Shown: positions 50,804-58,743 of the stretch, piece after piece | Numbering within the stretch: position 1 is the first letter of the stretch | Layout of the letters: each line of letters opens with the position of its first letter | Source of the DNA: Sandarakinorhabdus limnophila DSM 17366 | GTDB lineage: Bacteria; Pseudomonadota; Alphaproteobacteria; Sphingomonadales; Sphingomonadaceae | Reading direction: 5' to 3' | Length of the DNA stretch: 64,000 bases | Assembly: GCF_945882885.1 (NCBI RefSeq) | Contig: NZ_CAMCWT010000005.1 | Coordinates: 18,590 to 82,589, forward strand | The notes under the pieces: generated by a model | Told to the model about the DNA's origin: nothing | Seen by the model: the letters and a program-made list of their open reading frames with translations, nothing else | The model's database searches: none | Translations under genes and position numbers: made by a program

Positions 50804-51522
50804 GCGGCGCGGCGGTGGTGATTGGTGCCGGCGATGCCACTGGCGGCGCGGTGGCGGCGGCCTTTGCCCGCGATGGTCTGGTGGCGGTGCCGGTGCGGCG
50901 CACGGGCGATGGCCTCGCCCCGCTGGCGGCGCGGATTGAAGATGAAGGCGGGCGCTGCCTGCCAATCGGCGCTGATGCCCGCGATGAAGACGCGATGATC
51001 GGCCTGTTCGACCGGGTCGAACGCGAGATTGGCCCGGTGGAGGTGCTGGTGTTCAACATCGGTGCCAACTCTCCCATGGGCATCCTCGATGAAACCGTGC
51101 GTCGTTACCGCAAGATCTGGGAAATGTGTGCGCTGGCTGGCTTCATCACCGCCCGCGAGGCGGCCCGCCGCATGGTGCCGCGCGGGCGGGGCACGATCAT
51201 CTTCACCGGGGCCACTGCCTCTATGCGCGGTTCGGCCGGGTTTGCAGGCTTTTCTGGCGGCAAGTTCGCGCTCAGGAGCCTGGCGCAAGCGATGGCGCGG
51301 GAACTGGGGCCAAAGGGCATCCATGTTGTCCACCCGATCATCGATGGCGCCATCGACACCGAGTTCATCCGCAGCAATTTCCCCGATCGCTATGCCCTGA
51401 AGAGCGAGGACGGCATTCTCGATCCCGAGGCGATTGCCGCAGAATATGTGCAGCTGCACCACCAGCCGCGCTCCGCCTGGACGCACGAGCTGGATCTGCG
51501 GCCGTGGATCGAACGCTGGTAA
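50800..51522 (+). CDS. SDR family oxidoreductase
   Basis: 240 aa with an ATGA overlap upstream. It has a Gly-rich NAD(P) site VIGAGDATGGAV and an SDR core. Confidence 0.82.
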   Translation: MSGAAVVIGAGDATGGAVAAAFARDGLVAVPVRRTGDGLAPLAARIEDEGGRCLPIGADARDEDAMIGLFDRVEREIGPVEVLVFNIGANSPMGILDETVRRYRKIWEMCALAGFITAREAARRMVPRGRGTIIFTGATASMRGSAGFAGFSGGKFALRSLAQAMARELGPKGIHVVHPIIDGAIDTEFIRSNFPDRYALKSEDGILDPEAIAAEYVQLHHQPRSAWTHELDLRPWIERW

Positions 51523-51533
51523 AGGAGAAGACC

Positions 51534-52124
51534 ATGCCACACCCTATCGAGTTCCTCTTCGACGTGGGTTCGCCCACGGCCTATCTCGCCTGGCATCGCC
51601 TGAAAAAGGTGGCTGCGCGCACCGGGGCGACCCTGGTACCGGTTCCCATCCTGCTGGGCGGCGTGTTCAAGGCCACCGGCGGCAGCCCGCCCGGAGTGGT
51701 CGTCGCCAAGGGCCGCTGGATGAACGAGGACATGCAACGCTGGGCCGCGCGTGATGGCATAGCGCTGGGCAACAATCCTTATTTCCCGGTCAATACCATC
51801 ACGCTGATGCGCATTCTGGCCGGCCTTCAGGGCGACGAACGCTTCGAAGCGGTGACCGACACGCTGTTTGCCGGCATGTGGCTGCACGGCCGCAACATGG
51901 CTGATGCCGAGATACTAGCCGCCACCCTGACCGAAGCCGGCCATGACGCTGCCGCCCTGCTGGCACTGGCGCAGGAGCCGGAGGTGAAGCAGCGCCTGAT
52001 CACCAACACCGAAGCCGCTGTGGCGCGCGGCGTGTTCGGCGCGCCGACCTGCTTTGTCGCCGGGCAGATGCACTTCGGGCAGGACCGGATTGATTGGGTC
52101 GAAGCGGCGGCTGTTGCCGCCTGA
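51534..52124 (+). CDS. DsbA-like 2-hydroxychromene-2-carboxylate isomerase family protein
   Basis: 196 aa from the ATG at 51534, preceded by AAAGGAGAA. Sequence: MPHPIEFLFDVGSPTAYLAW...GVFGAPTCFV. Confidence 0.78.
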   Translation: MPHPIEFLFDVGSPTAYLAWHRLKKVAARTGATLVPVPILLGGVFKATGGSPPGVVVAKGRWMNEDMQRWAARDGIALGNNPYFPVNTITLMRILAGLQGDERFEAVTDTLFAGMWLHGRNMADAEILAATLTEAGHDAAALLALAQEPEVKQRLITNTEAAVARGVFGAPTCFVAGQMHFGQDRIDWVEAAAVAA

Positions 52125-52144
52125 ATGTCCTGCACAAAAGAAAA

Positions 52145-52170
52145 GGCCCGGCGAGTTTCCCAGCCGGGCC
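52145..52170. terminator. bidirectional hairpin terminator between convergent genes
   Basis: GGCCCGGC (52145-52152) pairs with GCCGGGCC (52163-52170). AAAAGAAAA lies upstream and TTAACTTT downstream. Confidence 0.6.
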
Positions 52171-52193
52171 TTAACTTTGGTCAGTTCAACCGA

Positions 52194-52931
52194 TCAGTCA
52201 CGATTGCCCATGAAGCTGAGCAGGAACTGGAACAGGTTGATGAAGTTCAGGTACAGCGTCAGCGCGCCCATCACGGCGAACTTGCCGGCGAACTCGGTGC
52301 CGGCGACCTGATAATACATCTCGCGCAGGCGCTGCGTGTCATAGGCGGTGAGACCAGCGAAGATCAGCACGCCCAGAATGTTCACCGCCAACTGCAAGCC
52401 GCTGGAGCCGAGGAAGATATTGGCGATCGAGGCGACAATGATGCCGATCAGGCCCATCATCAGGAAACGGCCCATCGCCGACAGGTCCTTCTTGGTGGTG
52501 TAGCCATAGAGGCTGAGACCAGCGAACGACGCCGCCGTCACGAAGAAGGTCTGCGCGATCGACGCGCCGGTATAACGGGCGAAGATGACGCTCATCGACA
52601 CGCCCATCAGCGCGGCAAAGCCCCAGAACAGGCCCTTCAGCGAGGTTTCGCTCATCCGGTTCAGTCCGAAGTTCATCGCCAAGATGATGGCGAGCGGCGA
52701 CAGCATCGCCACCCAGCCCAGGATGGTGGGCGAACCGACCTGATTGAAGAACACCGCAAACAGCGCCGGCGTCGAATAAACCAGCAGCGCGACAATGCCG
52801 GTGAGCAGCACGCCTGACGCCATATAGTTGTAGATCGACAGCATGTAGCTGCGCAGGCCGGCATCAAAGCCGGCGTCGCCTTGGGCCTGGGCCCGGAAGG
52901 CAGCAAGCCGAGGGTCCACGTTATTGGCCAT
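52194..52931 (-). CDS. Bax inhibitor-1/YccA family membrane protein
   Basis: 245 aa, 7 TM, ...YMLSIYNYMASGVLLTG... and C-terminal ...YLNFINLFQFLLSFMG. Confidence 0.88.
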   Translation of the reverse strand: MANNVDPRLAAFRAQAQGDAGFDAGLRSYMLSIYNYMASGVLLTGIVALLVYSTPALFAVFFNQVGSPTILGWVAMLSPLAIILAMNFGLNRMSETSLKGLFWGFAALMGVSMSVIFARYTGASIAQTFFVTAASFAGLSLYGYTTKKDLSAMGRFLMMGLIGIIVASIANIFLGSSGLQLAVNILGVLIFAGLTAYDTQRLREMYYQVAGTEFAGKFAVMGALTLYLNFINLFQFLLSFMGNRD

Positions 52932-53028
52932 CGTAAAATTCCTCCTGTGGTCGGCAAATGGCCGACGACCCGATCAATATCGGGCATCCCGCCTGAATTT
53001 TCAATGGCCGAACGTTACGTCGGCGCAA

Positions 53029-55545
53029 TCACAACTGTCGCAGCACCGCTGCCGGCCGGGCCGACAGCGCCCGCCAGTTGCCGGCGAGCCCGAGCACGAC
53101 GGTGACAACAGCGCCCACACCAACGGTGAGCAGCACGCGCGGCCAATCCGGCGTCCAATCCAGCTTGAAGATCTGGGTGACGACGAACCAGCCAGCCGTA
53201 CTGCCCAGCACCAGCGCCAGACCCGAAACGATGGCGGCGAGCAGGCCATATTCGGCCAGGGTCGCCGCTGCCACCTGGCCGCGCGTCGCGCCCAGCAGCT
53301 TCAGCAGCACCGCATCATAGGTGCGCGCCCGCGCGCCCGCGGCCAACGCGCCAACCAGCACGGCGATGCCGGCCGCCACGGTGACGCTGGCGGCCGCGCG
53401 GATGGCGGCAGAAAGCTGGCCCAGCAATGTCTGCACCTGGCCGATCACATCCTTCACGCGCACCACCGAGGCGGTGGGGAAAGTGGCGGAGAGCGCGCGG
53501 GCGACGGCACGTTCCTCGCGTGGCACCACCTGCACGGTGGCCATCCAACCATGCGGGGCGGCTTCCAGCGCGCCGGGCGCGAATAGGATGGCGAAGTTGA
53601 AGCCCAGCGATTGCCAGTCGATCTTTCGCGTGTTGGCGATGCGGGCGGTGATGTCCACGCCCAGAACGGAGACACTCAGAGTGTCGCCCACCTTCAGGCC
53701 CAGCGCCTGGGCGGCCTGATCATCAAGGCTGATCAGTGGCGGGCCGGCATGATTGCGCGGCCACCATTTCCCGCTCACCAACGTGTTGGCTTCAGGGAAA
53801 TCGGCCGCGTACGAAAGCCCGCGATCGCCGCGCAAAATCCAGCCTTCGGCACCGGCCTTGATCTGCTGAGCCGGCACGCCATTCACCGCCGTCACCGGCC
53901 CGCGCAGGGACGGCACGATCACCGTACGGGCGCCGGGCGCCTTGCGCTCCACCAGCGCGGCAAAGGCGGCCTTTTGATCATTGGGGATATCGAGCACGAA
54001 GAAGCTGGGGGCCTTGGTGGGAATAGTGCGATTGATCTGGCTGGCCAGATTGCCTTCGATCGTGGCCAGCGTGGCAAACAGGGTGAGGCCCAGGCCCAGC
54101 GCCACCACCAGATTGCGCGTTGGCGCGCCGGGGCGATGGAGATTGGCCAGAGCGAGGCGCGCCAGCGTGCCCTTGGGCTTGGGCACCCGCGCCGCCAGCC
54201 ACTTCACGCCGGCCGCCAGCGCCCACAGCACGACGATCAGCCCGATGGCGCCAGCCAGAAAGCCCATCATGAACAATTGCTCATCCGCCAGCAGCACAAC
54301 CAGCGCCAGCACGGAGATCGCTGCGCCGGCAATGATCGCCAACGTGGTGTTGTCAGGGCGGGCGCGTTTCTCGGTCAGGCTGCGCAGCAGGCGCGCGGCA
54401 GGCATCCCCGCGCCTTCCGCCAGCGGCCACAAGGCGAAAGCCAATGCGATGGCCAGGCCATAATAGGCCGCCTGAGCGAGCGCGCCCCATTGCAACCCGG
54501 TGGCAGGTGGCACCGGCAGGCTGGCGGCCGCCAACTGCGCGACTGCACCCGGCGTCGCCGCGCCGATGGCCAGACCGACCAGCACCGCGCCGCTCGAAAC
54601 CAGCGCCAGTTGCCACAGGTAGACGGCGCGCACCGTGGCACTGTCGGCTCCCAGCACTTTCAGCGTGGCGATGGTGCGGGTGCGCGCACCGAGATAGGCG
54701 GAGACGCCGCCGGCCACGCCAACGCCGGCCACCACCAGCGCAGTGAGGCCAACCAGGCTGAGAAACTGGCCCAACTGGTTGACGAAATTGCGGGTGCCGG
54801 GCGCGCCGTTGCTGCGATCACGCACGCGGCCACCCTCGCCGGCCACCGCTTCCAACCGTTCGCGAGCGGCATCGAGCGACACGCCGGTTTTCAGCTTCAC
54901 CCGCAGTTCGCTGGCGTACAGGCTGCCCAGCGTGATCAGTTCGGCGCGTTCCAGATCCTTCACGTCCACCACCAGGCCGGGGCCAAAGCCAAAGCCATCG
55001 CCGGCACGGTCCGGCTCTTCCAGCAATGTGCCGGCATAGGTGAGTGTGGCCTGGCCCAATTGCAGGCGATCGCCGGGTTTCAGGCCCAATTTGTCGGCCA
55101 GCACCGGTTGCGCGGCGGCCATGCCAGGGCCAACGCGCCCGCCGCCTTCCAGCGCCACCCGGCCATAAAGCGGCCAGGTTGCATCGACCGCCTTCACTTC
55201 GGCGAGCACGCTGTCGCCGCCATCCCCACGACTGACCATGCCGCGCAGTTTCACCACGTCGCCCACCGTACCCAGAGCGGCGGCCGCTGCCCGCTGTTCC
55301 GGCGTGGGGTTCCGGCCCGAAACGCGCAGCGCCGCATCGCCGCCCATCAGGAACTGGCCGCGTTCGGCCAGCCCGGCGTTGATGGCACTGGCCAGACTGC
55401 CGACGCCAGCAAGTGCGGCGACGCCGAGCACCAGGCACACGGCCAGAATGCGCAGACCAGCCAGGCCGCCACGCAATTCCCGCAAGGCGAGGCGAAGCGC
55501 GAGGCTCAGAGGGTTTCTGCCAGCAGGCCGGTCATCGCGGCCCAA
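53029..55545 (-). CDS. ABC transporter permease with two FtsX/MacB-type domains (YbbP-like)
   Basis: 838 aa with the N-terminus ...LALRELRGGLAGLRILAVCLVLGVA, as in YbbP-type permeases. The TTG start at 55545 overlaps the upstream gene by 40 nt. A CTG at 55509 (CTGA overlap) is the alternative. Confidence 0.82.
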   Translation of the reverse strand: MGRDDRPAGRNPLSLALRLALRELRGGLAGLRILAVCLVLGVAALAGVGSLASAINAGLAERGQFLMGGDAALRVSGRNPTPEQRAAAAALGTVGDVVKLRGMVSRGDGGDSVLAEVKAVDATWPLYGRVALEGGGRVGPGMAAAQPVLADKLGLKPGDRLQLGQATLTYAGTLLEEPDRAGDGFGFGPGLVVDVKDLERAELITLGSLYASELRVKLKTGVSLDAARERLEAVAGEGGRVRDRSNGAPGTRNFVNQLGQFLSLVGLTALVVAGVGVAGGVSAYLGARTRTIATLKVLGADSATVRAVYLWQLALVSSGAVLVGLAIGAATPGAVAQLAAASLPVPPATGLQWGALAQAAYYGLAIALAFALWPLAEGAGMPAARLLRSLTEKRARPDNTTLAIIAGAAISVLALVVLLADEQLFMMGFLAGAIGLIVVLWALAAGVKWLAARVPKPKGTLARLALANLHRPGAPTRNLVVALGLGLTLFATLATIEGNLASQINRTIPTKAPSFFVLDIPNDQKAAFAALVERKAPGARTVIVPSLRGPVTAVNGVPAQQIKAGAEGWILRGDRGLSYAADFPEANTLVSGKWWPRNHAGPPLISLDDQAAQALGLKVGDTLSVSVLGVDITARIANTRKIDWQSLGFNFAILFAPGALEAAPHGWMATVQVVPREERAVARALSATFPTASVVRVKDVIGQVQTLLGQLSAAIRAAASVTVAAGIAVLVGALAAGARARTYDAVLLKLLGATRGQVAAATLAEYGLLAAIVSGLALVLGSTAGWFVVTQIFKLDWTPDWPRVLLTVGVGAVVTVVLGLAGNWRALSARPAAVLRQL

Positions 55546-56204
55546 CTGCGCTTGTCAGCCGCAGCGTTATACATCGCGGTGCCGGGCGCGTTGGCATGTT
55601 CGTTGGTGAAGCTGTGATAGGTGCTGCCATAGGCATGGATCTGCCAATCGGCGCCAGCCGCGGTCATTTCGGCGGCCAGCGCGTGGTGATCCTGCGGCGG
55701 CGTGTAGGGGTCTTCCCAGCCGTGCAGCGCCATCACCTTGGCCTTGATTGGCCCGGCCGCACCCAGGCCCGGATTGTAAATGCCGTGGAAGCTCACCGCC
55801 GCCTTGACGCGCGGGTCGCAGGCGCGCGCGACATCGAGCGCGCACAGGCCACCAAAGCAATAGCCGATGATGGCGAGCCGGTTGGCGTCAACCTGCTTCA
55901 GGCCGGCAGCGGCATCGACAGCGGCGAGCAGGCGCTGGCGCAGCGCAGTACGATCACCCACCCACGGGCCCATCAGGGCGCTGTTATCGCCGGCCGGATC
56001 ACCGCGACGGCCCTTGCCATACACGTCAATGGCCATGGCGGCGTAACCAAGCGCGGCCAGCTTGTCGGCCAAAGCGTTGTCCCACGCGGTTTGCCCCACC
56101 CAGTTCGGCGCGATCAGCACGCAGGGGAATGGGCCATCGCCGGACGGCAGCGCCAGATAGGCTTCCAGTTCGTCGGTGCCGTCGAAATAGCTGAACAATG
56201 TCAT
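55506..56204 (-). CDS. dienelactone hydrolase family protein (cytoplasmic)
   Basis: 232 aa: ...GPFPCVLIAPNW..., nucleophile region IGYCFGG, ...HGWEDP... Confidence 0.8.
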   Translation of the reverse strand: MTLFSYFDGTDELEAYLALPSGDGPFPCVLIAPNWVGQTAWDNALADKLAALGYAAMAIDVYGKGRRGDPAGDNSALMGPWVGDRTALRQRLLAAVDAAAGLKQVDANRLAIIGYCFGGLCALDVARACDPRVKAAVSFHGIYNPGLGAAGPIKAKVMALHGWEDPYTPPQDHHALAAEMTAAGADWQIHAYGSTYHSFTNEHANAPGTAMYNAAADKRSWAAMTGLLAETL

Positions 56205-56216
56205 GGTCTTTTCCCC

Positions 56217-56921
56217 TTATTCCGCGGCTTGCGCCAGATCCATGCGATCATCCACGATCAGCCCGTCGCGCATGGTGATGATCCGATCACACAGCGGCGC
56301 CAGATCGGCGTCGTGGGTGATCAGCACCAGCGTCGCGCCGGTTTCCGTCAGGCGGCCGAAAAGCAGATCGATGATCGCGGCCCCCGTGGCGGCATCGAGA
56401 TTGCCGGTCGGTTCATCGGCAAAGATCAGCGCCGGGCGGCCAACCAGCGCCCGGGCGATGGCGACACGCTGCTGCTCCCCGCCGGAAAGCTGGGTGGGAT
56501 AGTGGTGGAGCCGATGGCCGAGTCCAACGGCTTCCAGTTCGGCCTTGGCGCGGGTCTGCACGTCGGCTTCGCCGGCCAGCTCCAGCGGCACGGCAACATT
56601 TTCCAGCGCGGTCATGGTCGGGATGAGGTGGAAGGCCTGCAGCACGATGCCGATGCGGCCGCGCCGGGCGCGGGCCAGGCCGTCTTCGTTCATGGTGGTG
56701 AATTCGGCACCGGCCACACGCACGTTGCCGCTCGTGGCGCGCTCCATGCCGGACAGCACGGCCATCGCCGAAGATTTGCCGGAACCCGACGGCCCGAGGA
56801 TGGCAAGTCGCTGGCCGGCCGGCACATCAAGCGTCAGCCCGCGCAGCACATCGACTGCGGCATCGCCGCTCCCCAGCCGCAGGGTGACATCGCGGGCTTC
56901 AATCACCATATGGCTGTTCAT
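56217..56921 (-). CDS. ABC transporter ATP-binding protein (YbbA-like)
   Basis: 234 aa with Walker A GPSGSGKSS and signature LSGGEQQRVAIARAL. Confidence 0.9.
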   Translation of the reverse strand: MNSHMVIEARDVTLRLGSGDAAVDVLRGLTLDVPAGQRLAILGPSGSGKSSAMAVLSGMERATSGNVRVAGAEFTTMNEDGLARARRGRIGIVLQAFHLIPTMTALENVAVPLELAGEADVQTRAKAELEAVGLGHRLHHYPTQLSGGEQQRVAIARALVGRPALIFADEPTGNLDAATGAAIIDLLFGRLTETGATLVLITHDADLAPLCDRIITMRDGLIVDDRMDLAQAAE

Positions 56922-56989
56922 CCGCGTCCCGCTTGGCTGAAAGGATTCGAGTCTTGCCCGAATTAGGTGTTCGATCTGCGCTTTACCAG

Positions 56990-57604
56990 ATGGCGTTGCT
57001 GTTTGGCGCGCTGTTCATGTCGCAGGCGGCGCTGGCACGGCCACTCGTGGTACTGGCCTATGGCGACAGCCTGACCGCCGGCTATCAACTGCCGCCCGGC
57101 CAGGGCTTTGCCCCGCAACTGGAAAAGGCGCTGAAAGCGAAAGGCCGCGACGTCACCGTTGTCGGCGCCGGCGTGTCGGGCGACACCAGCACACAGGGGC
57201 GCGCCCGCGTGAACTGGGTGCTGGCGGGCATGAAGCAGAAGCCTGATCTGGTGGTGCTGGAACTGGGCGCCAACGACATGCTGCGTGGGCAACCACCGAA
57301 GACGGCGCGCGCGAATCTCGATGCGATGGTGAAGACGTTCAAGGCCAAAAGCGCGCGCGTGCTGGTCGCCGGGATGCGGGCCAATCCCACCTTGGGCAAG
57401 GCCTATGTCACGGAATTTGAAACCATGTTCCCGGCGGTGGCGAAGGCGAATGGTGTGGCGCTCTATCCCTTCTTCCTGGATGGCGTCGCCGCGCAGCCCG
57501 GTCTGCAGTTGGCCGATGGGATGCACCCCAATGGCAAGGGCGTGGCTGTGATGGTGAAGCGCATCATGCCCGCCGTAGAACGGGAACTTGCACTGGTGAA
57601 GTGA
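56990..57604 (+). CDS. SGNH/GDSL arylesterase-thioesterase (TesA-like), exported
   Basis: The ATG at 56990 is preferred over the TTG at 56933. Signal MALLFGALFMSQAALA and GDSL block VVLAYGDSLTAGY. It is divergent from the ybbA-like gene, as tesA is in E. coli. Confidence 0.85.
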   Translation: MALLFGALFMSQAALARPLVVLAYGDSLTAGYQLPPGQGFAPQLEKALKAKGRDVTVVGAGVSGDTSTQGRARVNWVLAGMKQKPDLVVLELGANDMLRGQPPKTARANLDAMVKTFKAKSARVLVAGMRANPTLGKAYVTEFETMFPAVAKANGVALYPFFLDGVAAQPGLQLADGMHPNGKGVAVMVKRIMPAVERELALVK

Positions 57605-57847
57605 TGCGCTTGATTGCAGGCCTTTGTCTGCAGGAAAGCGTGAAATTGGCGCTGGTGGCGACGATTAGCGGTGTGGCCGGGGCGCAGGCAAACAGCAGCG
57701 CAACTTCGTTTCACCCGGCGTTTAATCGCCCCATGCCGCTGCCGAACTGATCAGGCTGGTTGAACAGCTTTCCTCGCTGCAAAATCCCCCGCCTGGCATC
57801 CAGATATCAAGGCGCTGCTCATTCAACCGTTGGTTCGAAATCAACTG

Positions 57848-58639
57848 TCAAACGGAAATGGCACTCGTGCGGCGACGCGAAATAGCGCCCACTAGGCCAA
57901 AACCGGCCAGCAGCATCATCCAAGCCGCTGGTTCCGGAATTGCATTGGGTGTGATGCCCGCCGGCGATACCGATGCGCCGTGAGGCACCCAGGTGCCGCC
58001 CGGCTGCAACCAGCGGCCGACTGTGTGATTGTCGCTTTCATAGCCGCCGCTCGTCACCTGGTCGAAAACGATGCGATCGAAGCTGGTGCCGCCGCGGGCA
58101 TAAAAGTTCAGAAAGGCATAAGGCTCGCCGCAATTGCGATTGGCCGGCGCATTGGGATTGCAGCGATAGGCGCTGGCGTTGGGCTGCGCATTGACGAAAT
58201 TGCGCAACACCGTAGCATCAAAGGTAAACAACTGCGTGCTGTTCTGAAAGAAACGCACCGTGTTCCCATTGTCGAGCGCCGACAGCCAGAAGCCGAAATA
58301 CGTGACACCGCCCGGCCGCGATGACGTCAGGTCCAGCGTGAAGCCCGGGGTCCCGAACTGAACGACATAACGGCCGCTGCCGCCGGCGCCGCCAAATTGA
58401 TCGGCGTTGATCACCTGAACCCGGCTATAGGTGCCGTTGAAAGCCGAACCGCCGAAGTTCGAGCTGAATATCTGGTTTGTACCAGCAGTTCTGCTGTTGA
58501 AGCTCTCAACACCGACAGTCGCAAATCTGGCGGTGCTGTTCTGGATGCCCGGCGCTTCGATCGTGATGGAATACACCGCTCGAGCAGGCGAGAGCGGCAA
58601 AACGGCCGTCGCCGCTGCCAACATGAGCTGAATACGCAT
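57848..58639 (-). CDS. PEP-CTERM (PEPxxW-type) exosortase-sorted surface protein
   Basis: 263 aa with an N-terminal signal MRIQLMLAAATAVLPLSPARA. The C-terminus IPEPAAWMMLLAGFGLVGAISRRR is a PEP motif plus a TM helix plus a basic cluster. Confidence 0.8.
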   Translation of the reverse strand: MRIQLMLAAATAVLPLSPARAVYSITIEAPGIQNSTARFATVGVESFNSRTAGTNQIFSSNFGGSAFNGTYSRVQVINADQFGGAGGSGRYVVQFGTPGFTLDLTSSRPGGVTYFGFWLSALDNGNTVRFFQNSTQLFTFDATVLRNFVNAQPNASAYRCNPNAPANRNCGEPYAFLNFYARGGTSFDRIVFDQVTSGGYESDNHTVGRWLQPGGTWVPHGASVSPAGITPNAIPEPAAWMMLLAGFGLVGAISRRRTSAISV

Positions 58640-58690
58640 AGATCGACCCTTGAACTCCGTGCACCCCTCGCACGGCAGGCGATTTAGCGT

Positions 58691-58718
58691 ATCAAGGTTA
58701 AGGAATAGTATCCTTGAT
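58691..58718. other. 7-bp inverted repeat ATCAAGG-N14-CCTTGAT between gcvPB and the PEP-CTERM gene
   Basis: It lies 26 nt downstream of the gcvPB stop and 52 nt upstream of the PEP-CTERM start, in an AT-rich stretch. It may be a terminator or an operator. Confidence 0.3.
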
Positions 58719-58743
58719 CAGCATTGACTGCGATGTTGATTGT

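Noticed and set aside
53611-55617. 668-aa ORF on the + strand.
   Set aside because: It is antisense to the YbbP-like permease and has a Gln/Arg/Gly/Ala-rich nonsense composition.
57604-57750. 48-aa ORF (MRLIAGLCLQESVKLALVATISGVAGAQANSSATSFHPAFNRPMPLPN) whose ATG overlaps the tesA-like stop (TGATG).
   Set aside because: It is attractive because of the coupling and a signal-like N-terminus. However, the lipobox is non-canonical, GC3 is only moderate, I recognise no family, and it lies in a convergent intergenic region. I keep it only as a low-probability candidate to test with Ribo-seq.
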